From a virus (lineage: Duplodnaviria > Heunggongvirae > Uroviricota > Caudoviricetes), in IMG/VR virus record IMGVR_UViG_2690316166_000001: a stretch of DNA of 12,893 nucleotides, one strand, 5' to 3'. Both the position numbers and the translations under genes were made by a program. The notes beneath the pieces were generated by a model. The model was not told the DNA's origin. It was given only the letters and a program-made list of their open reading frames with translations, and ran no database searches. Positions 8,782 through 12,893 of the stretch are shown here, piece by piece (the first letter of the stretch is position 1; each line of letters begins with the position of its first letter).

Positions 8782-9211
8782 TGCCGTCACGGTGCTGAAA
8801 ACAAGCCCCGAGATGCTGCGGATATTCGTGGATAACGGGAGTATTGCCTCCACACTGGCGACGTCGCTGTCATTCGAAAAGCGTTACACGCTCAACGTGA
8901 TTGTGACCGACTTTACCGGTGATTTTGACCTGCTCATCGTGCCGGTGCTGGCGTGGCTGCGGGAAAATCAGCCCGACATCATGACCACCGACGAAGGCCA
9001 GAAAAAGGGCTTCACGTTTTATGCAGACATCAACAATGACAGCAGCTTTGATATCAGCATCAGCCTGATGCTGACCGAGCGCACGCTGGTCAGTGAGGTG
9101 GACGGCGCGCTGCATGTGAAGAATATCCCGGAACCTCCGCCGCCGGAGCCGGTCACCCGCCCGATGGAGCTTTATATCAATGGCGAACTGGTGAGTAAGT
9201 GGGATGAATGA
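8744..9211 (+). CDS. R: Tail completion protein (P2 gpR-like), 155 aa
   Basis: 155-aa ORF matching P2 gpR position and length. Confidence 0.88.
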   Translation: MLKPDSLRRALTDAVTVLKTSPEMLRIFVDNGSIASTLATSLSFEKRYTLNVIVTDFTGDFDLLIVPVLAWLRENQPDIMTTDEGQKKGFTFYADINNDSSFDISISLMLTERTLVSEVDGALHVKNIPEPPPPEPVTRPMELYINGELVSKWDE

Positions 9212-9656
9212 GTTTAAGCGTTTTGAAGACAGGCTGACCGGACTTATTGAGTCGCTGTCACCGTCAGGGCGTCGGCGACTGAGCGCCGAACTGGCGAAAC
9301 GTCTGCGTCAGAGTCAGCAGCGTCGGGTGATGGCACAGAAAGCCCCGGACGGCACACCCTACGCACCACGCCAGCAGCAGAGCGCCAGAAAAAAGACCGG
9401 TCGCGTTAAGCGAAAAATGTTTGCGAAACTTATCACCAGTCGTTTTTTGCATATCCGCGCCAGCCCTGAACAGGCATCAATGGAGTTTTACGGCGGGAAG
9501 TCACCGAAAATAGCCAGTGTGCATCAGTTCGGTCTGTCGGAAGAAACCCGGAAAGACGGTAAGAAAATTCATTATCCGGCGCGTCCCCTGCTCGGCTTTA
9601 CCGGTGAGGATGTGCAGATGATTGAAGAGATTATCCTGGCTCACCTCGACCGTTAG
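9204..9656 (+). CDS. S: Tail completion protein (P2 gpS-like), 150 aa
   Basis: 150-aa ORF matching P2 gpS position and length, overlapping the R stop by 8 nt. Confidence 0.88.
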   Translation: MNEFKRFEDRLTGLIESLSPSGRRRLSAELAKRLRQSQQRRVMAQKAPDGTPYAPRQQQSARKKTGRVKRKMFAKLITSRFLHIRASPEQASMEFYGGKSPKIASVHQFGLSEETRKDGKKIHYPARPLLGFTGEDVQMIEEIILAHLDR

Positions 9657-9722
9657 TTGTGCCATTCCTGACACCTCATCGTCACATTGCCGCCGGTATG
9701 ACCCGGCGGCATCCTTCCCGTT
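9657..9722 (+). promoter_or_regulatory. Candidate Ogr-dependent late promoter (P_V-like) in the S-V intergenic spacer
   Basis: This is the only sizeable spacer between the S and V operons, where P2 has late promoter P_V. It contains a TGT…ACA element (9658-9673, spacing 10 rather than the canonical 12), a TATGAC -10-like hexamer near 9697-9702, and a CGCCGG/CCGGCG inverted repeat at 9691-9708. Confidence 0.3.
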
Positions 9723-10358
9723 ATGAACACTCTCGCAAATATTCAGGAACTCGCGCGCGCACTGCGCAACATGATCCGCACCGGCATTATCGTCGAAACC
9801 GACCTTAATGCCGGTCGCTGCCGTGTGCAGACCGGCGGCATGTGCACCGACTGGCTTCAGTGGCTGACCCATCGCGCCGGACGTTCGCGCACATGGTGGG
9901 CACCTTCCGTGGGGGAACAGGTGCTGATTCTGGCCGTAGGCGGTGAACTCGACACGGCGTTCGTTCTGCCGGGGATTTATTCCGGTGATAACCCCGCGCC
10001 GTCTGCGTCGGCGGATGCCCTGCATATCCGTTTCCCTGACGGGGCGGTGATTGAGTATGAACCTGAAACCAGTGCACTCACGGTAAGCGGAATTAAAACG
10101 GCCAGCGTGACGGCTTCTGATTCTGTTACTGCCACGGTGCCGGTGGTCACGGTGAAAGCATCAACCCGCGTCACTCTGGACACGCCGGAGGTGGTCTGCA
10201 CAAACAAGCTGATCACTGGCACGCTGGAAGTGCAGAAGGGCGGGACGATGCGCGGCAACATTGAACACACCGGCGGTGAACTCTCATCAAACGGGAAGGT
10301 ACTGCATACCCATAAACACCCCGGCGACAGCGGCGGCACAACCGGGAGTCCTCTATGA
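9723..10358 (+). CDS. V: Baseplate central spike protein (P2 gpV-like), 211 aa
   Basis: 211-aa ORF matching P2 gpV, ending in a glycine/histidine-rich spike tip (…HTHKHPGDSGGTTGSPL). Confidence 0.9.
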   Translation: MNTLANIQELARALRNMIRTGIIVETDLNAGRCRVQTGGMCTDWLQWLTHRAGRSRTWWAPSVGEQVLILAVGGELDTAFVLPGIYSGDNPAPSASADALHIRFPDGAVIEYEPETSALTVSGIKTASVTASDSVTATVPVVTVKASTRVTLDTPEVVCTNKLITGTLEVQKGGTMRGNIEHTGGELSSNGKVLHTHKHPGDSGGTTGSPL

Positions 10359-10702
10359 CAGCGCGTTATCTCGGAATGAATCGCAGTGATGGCCTGACTG
10401 TCTCTGACCTTGAGCATATCAGCCAGAGTATCGGCGATATCCTGCGCACGCCGGTCGGCTCACGGGTGATGCGTCGTGATTACGGCTCGTTGCTGGCGTC
10501 AATGATTGACCAGCCGCAGACCCCGGCGCTTGAGTTGCAGATTAAGGTCGCCTGTTACATGGCCGTGCTGAAATGGGAAGCCCGCGTCACCCTGTCATCC
10601 GTCACCACGGCGCGCAGCTTTGACGGGCGAATGACGGTCACGTTAACCGGCCAGCACAACGACACCGGCCAGCCACTTTCGTTAACCATCCCTGTGAGTT
10701 GA
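10355..10702 (+). CDS. W: Baseplate wedge protein (P2 gpW-like, GPW/gp25 family), 115 aa
   Basis: 115-aa ORF whose ATG overlaps the V stop (ATGA), with a GGGAG Shine-Dalgarno. Confidence 0.9.
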   Translation: MTARYLGMNRSDGLTVSDLEHISQSIGDILRTPVGSRVMRRDYGSLLASMIDQPQTPALELQIKVACYMAVLKWEARVTLSSVTTARSFDGRMTVTLTGQHNDTGQPLSLTIPVS

Positions 10703-10706
10703 AACC

Positions 10707-11615
10707 ATGCCGATTATCGACCTGAACCAGCTACCCGCACCGGATGTGGTCGAGGAGCTGGACTTTGAAACCATTCTTGCCGAACGCAAGGCGACACTGA
10801 TTTCCCTTTACCCGGAAGACCAGCAGGAGGCGGTCGCCCGTACCCTGACGCTGGAATCCGAGCCTCTCGTCAAACTGCTGGAGGAAAATGCTTATCGTGA
10901 GCTTATCTGGCGTCAGCGTGTGAATGAGGCCGCACGGGCGGTAATGCTGGCCTGTGCCGCCGGTAATGACCTTGATGTGATTGGTGCCAATTACAACACC
11001 ACGCGCCTGATTATCACCCCGGCAGATGATTCGACCCTCCCGCCGACACCGGCAGTGATGGAATCTGACACGGATTATCGTCTGCGTATTCAGCAGGCGT
11101 TTGAAGGTTTAAGCGTCGCCGGGTCGGTGGGGGCCTATCAGTATCATGGTCGCAGTGCCGACGGGCGTGTCGCGGATATTTCTGTAACCAGTCCGTCTCC
11201 GGCCTGCGTCACCATCTCTGTGCTGTCACGTGAAAATAACGGTGTCGCATCCGAAGACCTGCTGGCGGTGGTGCGTAACGCCCTTAATGGTGAGGACGTC
11301 AGGCCGGTGGCCGACCGCGTGACCGTGCAGTCTGCCGCCATCGTTGAATACCAGATAAACGCCACGCTTTACCTTTACCCTGGTCCCGAAAGCGAACCCA
11401 TACGCGCTGCTGCCGTGAAAAAACTGGAAGCGTACATCACGGCACAGCACCGGCTGGGGCGCGACATCCGTCTGTCTGCCATTTATGCCGCTTTGCATGT
11501 GGAAGGCGTGCAGCGTGTCGAACTGACTGCACCGCTGGCCGACATCGTGCTCAACAGTACGCAGGCGTCTTTCTGTACCGAATACCGCGTCGTGACCGGA
11601 GGCTCGGATGAGTGA
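10707..11615 (+). CDS. J: Baseplate assembly protein (P2 gpJ-like), 302 aa
   Basis: 302-aa ORF matching P2 gpJ position and length. Confidence 0.9.
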   Translation: MPIIDLNQLPAPDVVEELDFETILAERKATLISLYPEDQQEAVARTLTLESEPLVKLLEENAYRELIWRQRVNEAARAVMLACAAGNDLDVIGANYNTTRLIITPADDSTLPPTPAVMESDTDYRLRIQQAFEGLSVAGSVGAYQYHGRSADGRVADISVTSPSPACVTISVLSRENNGVASEDLLAVVRNALNGEDVRPVADRVTVQSAAIVEYQINATLYLYPGPESEPIRAAAVKKLEAYITAQHRLGRDIRLSAIYAALHVEGVQRVELTAPLADIVLNSTQASFCTEYRVVTGGSDE

Positions 11616-12138
11616 TTCGCGACTGCTGCCGACCGGCTCATCACCGCTTGAAGTTGCCGCCGCAAAAGCCTGTGCGGAAATTGAAAAAACGCCGGTCAGG
11701 ATTCGTGAACTGTGGAACCCGGATACCTGTCCGGCAAATCTGCTGCCGTGGCTGGCGTGGGCGTTTTCGGTCGACAGGTGGGATGAAAAGTGGCCGGAAG
11801 CGACAAAACGCGCCGTTATCCGCGATGCCTATTTCATCCACTGTCATAAAGGCACTATCGGCGCAATCCGGCGTGTGGTGGAGCCGCTCGGCTATCTCAT
11901 CAACGTGACGGAGTGGTGGGAAAACAGTGACCCGCCCGGCACCTTCCGGCTTGATATTGGTGTACTGGAAAGCGGCATCACAGAGGCAATGTATCAGGAA
12001 ATGGAACGGCTTATTGCTGATGCCAAACCTGCAAGCCGTCATCTTATTGGCCTGAACATTACCCGGGACATTCCCGGCTACCTGTTCGCCGGTGGTGTGG
12101 CTTACGACGGCGATGTAATTACGGTTTACCCCGGATAA
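11608..12138 (+). CDS. I: Baseplate/tail-fiber attachment protein (P2 gpI-like), 176 aa
   Basis: 176-aa ORF matching P2 gpI, overlapping the J stop by 8 nt. Confidence 0.9.
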   Translation: MSDSRLLPTGSSPLEVAAAKACAEIEKTPVRIRELWNPDTCPANLLPWLAWAFSVDRWDEKWPEATKRAVIRDAYFIHCHKGTIGAIRRVVEPLGYLINVTEWWENSDPPGTFRLDIGVLESGITEAMYQEMERLIADAKPASRHLIGLNITRDIPGYLFAGGVAYDGDVITVYPG

Positions 12139-12148
12139 GTGAGGAATA

Positions 12149-12893
12149 ATGAGCACAAAATTCAGAACCGTTATCACCACTGCCGGTGCAGCAAAGCTGG
12201 CAGCGGCAACCGCACCGGGAGGGCGGAAGGTCAACATTACCACGATGGCCGTCGGGGATGGCGGTGGTAAATTGCCTGTCCCGGATGCCGGACAGACCGG
12301 GCTTATCCACGAAGTCTGGCGACATACGCTGAACAAAATCAGCCAGGACAAACGAAACAGTAATTATATTATCGCAGAGCTGGTTATTCCGCCGGAGGTG
12401 GGCGGTTTCTGGATGCGTGAGCTTGGCCTGTACGATGATGCGGGAACGTTAATTGCCGTGGCGAACATGGCCGAAAGTTATAAGCCAGCTCTTGCCGAAG
12501 GCTCAGGGCGTTCGCAGACCTGTCGCATGGTCATCATCGTCAGCAGTGTGGCCTCGGTGGAGCTGACCATTGACACCACAACGGTGATGGCGACACAGGA
12601 TTACGTTGATGACAAAATTGCAGAGCACGAACAGTCACGACGTCACCCGGACGCCTCGCTGACCGCAAAAGGTTTTACTCAGTTAAGCAGTGCGACCAAC
12701 AGCACGTCTGAAACACTGGCCGCAACGCCGAAAGCGGTAAAGGCCGCCTATGACCTTGCTAACGGGAAATATACCGCACAGGACGCTACCACAGCTCGAA
12801 AAGGTCTTGTCCAGCTCAGTAGTGCCACCAACAGCACGTCTGAAACGCTTGCGGCAACGCCAAAGGCGGTTAAGACAGCGTATGACCTTGCTA
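12149..12893 (+). CDS. H: Tail fiber protein (P2 gpH-like), N-terminal ~248 codons; 3' end beyond the window
   Basis: ATG at 12149 with a GAGGAA Shine-Dalgarno at 12141-12146. The reading frame stays open to the window end, and the N-terminus (MSTKFRTVITTAGAAKLAAAT…) resembles P2 gpH. Not listed in the ORF track because no stop lies within the window. Confidence 0.88.
   Translation, partial: MSTKFRTVITTAGAAKLAAATAPGGRKVNITTMAVGDGGGKLPVPDAGQTGLIHEVWRHTLNKISQDKRNSNYIIAELVIPPEVGGFWMRELGLYDDAGTLIAVANMAESYKPALAEGSGRSQTCRMVIIVSSVASVELTIDTTTVMATQDYVDDKIAEHEQSRRHPDASLTAKGFTQLSSATNSTSETLAATPKAVKAAYDLANGKYTAQDATTARKGLVQLSSATNSTSETLAATPKAVKTAYDLA
12668..12893 (+). repeat. Tandem in-frame direct repeat (period 132 nt / 44 aa) inside the tail fiber gene
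   Basis: The core ACCAACAGCACGTCTGAAAC occurs at 12695-12714 and again at 12827-12846. The flanking ~90 nt are near-identical, encoding …QLSSATNSTSETLAATPKAVK(A/T)AYDLA twice. Confidence 0.6.

Noticed and set aside
9501-10025. 174-aa minus-strand ORF antisense to S and V
   Set aside because: Overlaps two conserved tail genes on the opposite strand and is arginine-rich with no recognisable motif. Treated as a chance ORF.
11641-12351. 236-aa minus-strand ORF antisense to I and H
   Set aside because: Antisense to baseplate and tail-fiber genes with strong P2 synteny. No start context or motif supports it.
12668-12893. Possible CRISPR-like repeat
   Set aside because: The repeats are in-frame coding repeats of the tail fiber with a 132-nt period and no spacer/repeat alternation, so this is not a CRISPR array.
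1-12893. Defense system, toxin-antitoxin or other cargo inserted in the late operons
   Set aside because: Every visible ORF maps one-to-one onto P2 late genes with canonical spacing, leaving no room for an extra gene outside the N-masked block.

Overview
This window is the late (morphogenesis and lysis) region of a P2-like (Peduovirus) temperate phage, most likely an integrated prophage in an enterobacterial genome. Gene order, orientation, overlaps and product lengths match phage P2: a cos site (143-161), then Q and P on the minus strand, then O-N-M-L-X-Y-K-lysA-lysB-lysC-R-S and V-W-J-I-H on the plus strand, with H running off the right edge. Identification rests on recalled similarity to P2 proteins and on gene lengths; no search was run. 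No tRNA, rRNA, CRISPR array, insertion sequence or non-P2 cargo gene is visible. Three N runs (3059-3122, 3205-3677, 3716-3753) hide the P N-terminus, the P/O divergent late-promoter region and the 5' part of O, and their lengths do not preserve reading frame. The most notable visible anomaly is a single-base frameshift splitting the major capsid gene N into 182-aa and 175-aa halves. I found no convincing novel system in the visible sequence; if anything unusual is here it is hidden in the masked block or lies just left of the window.
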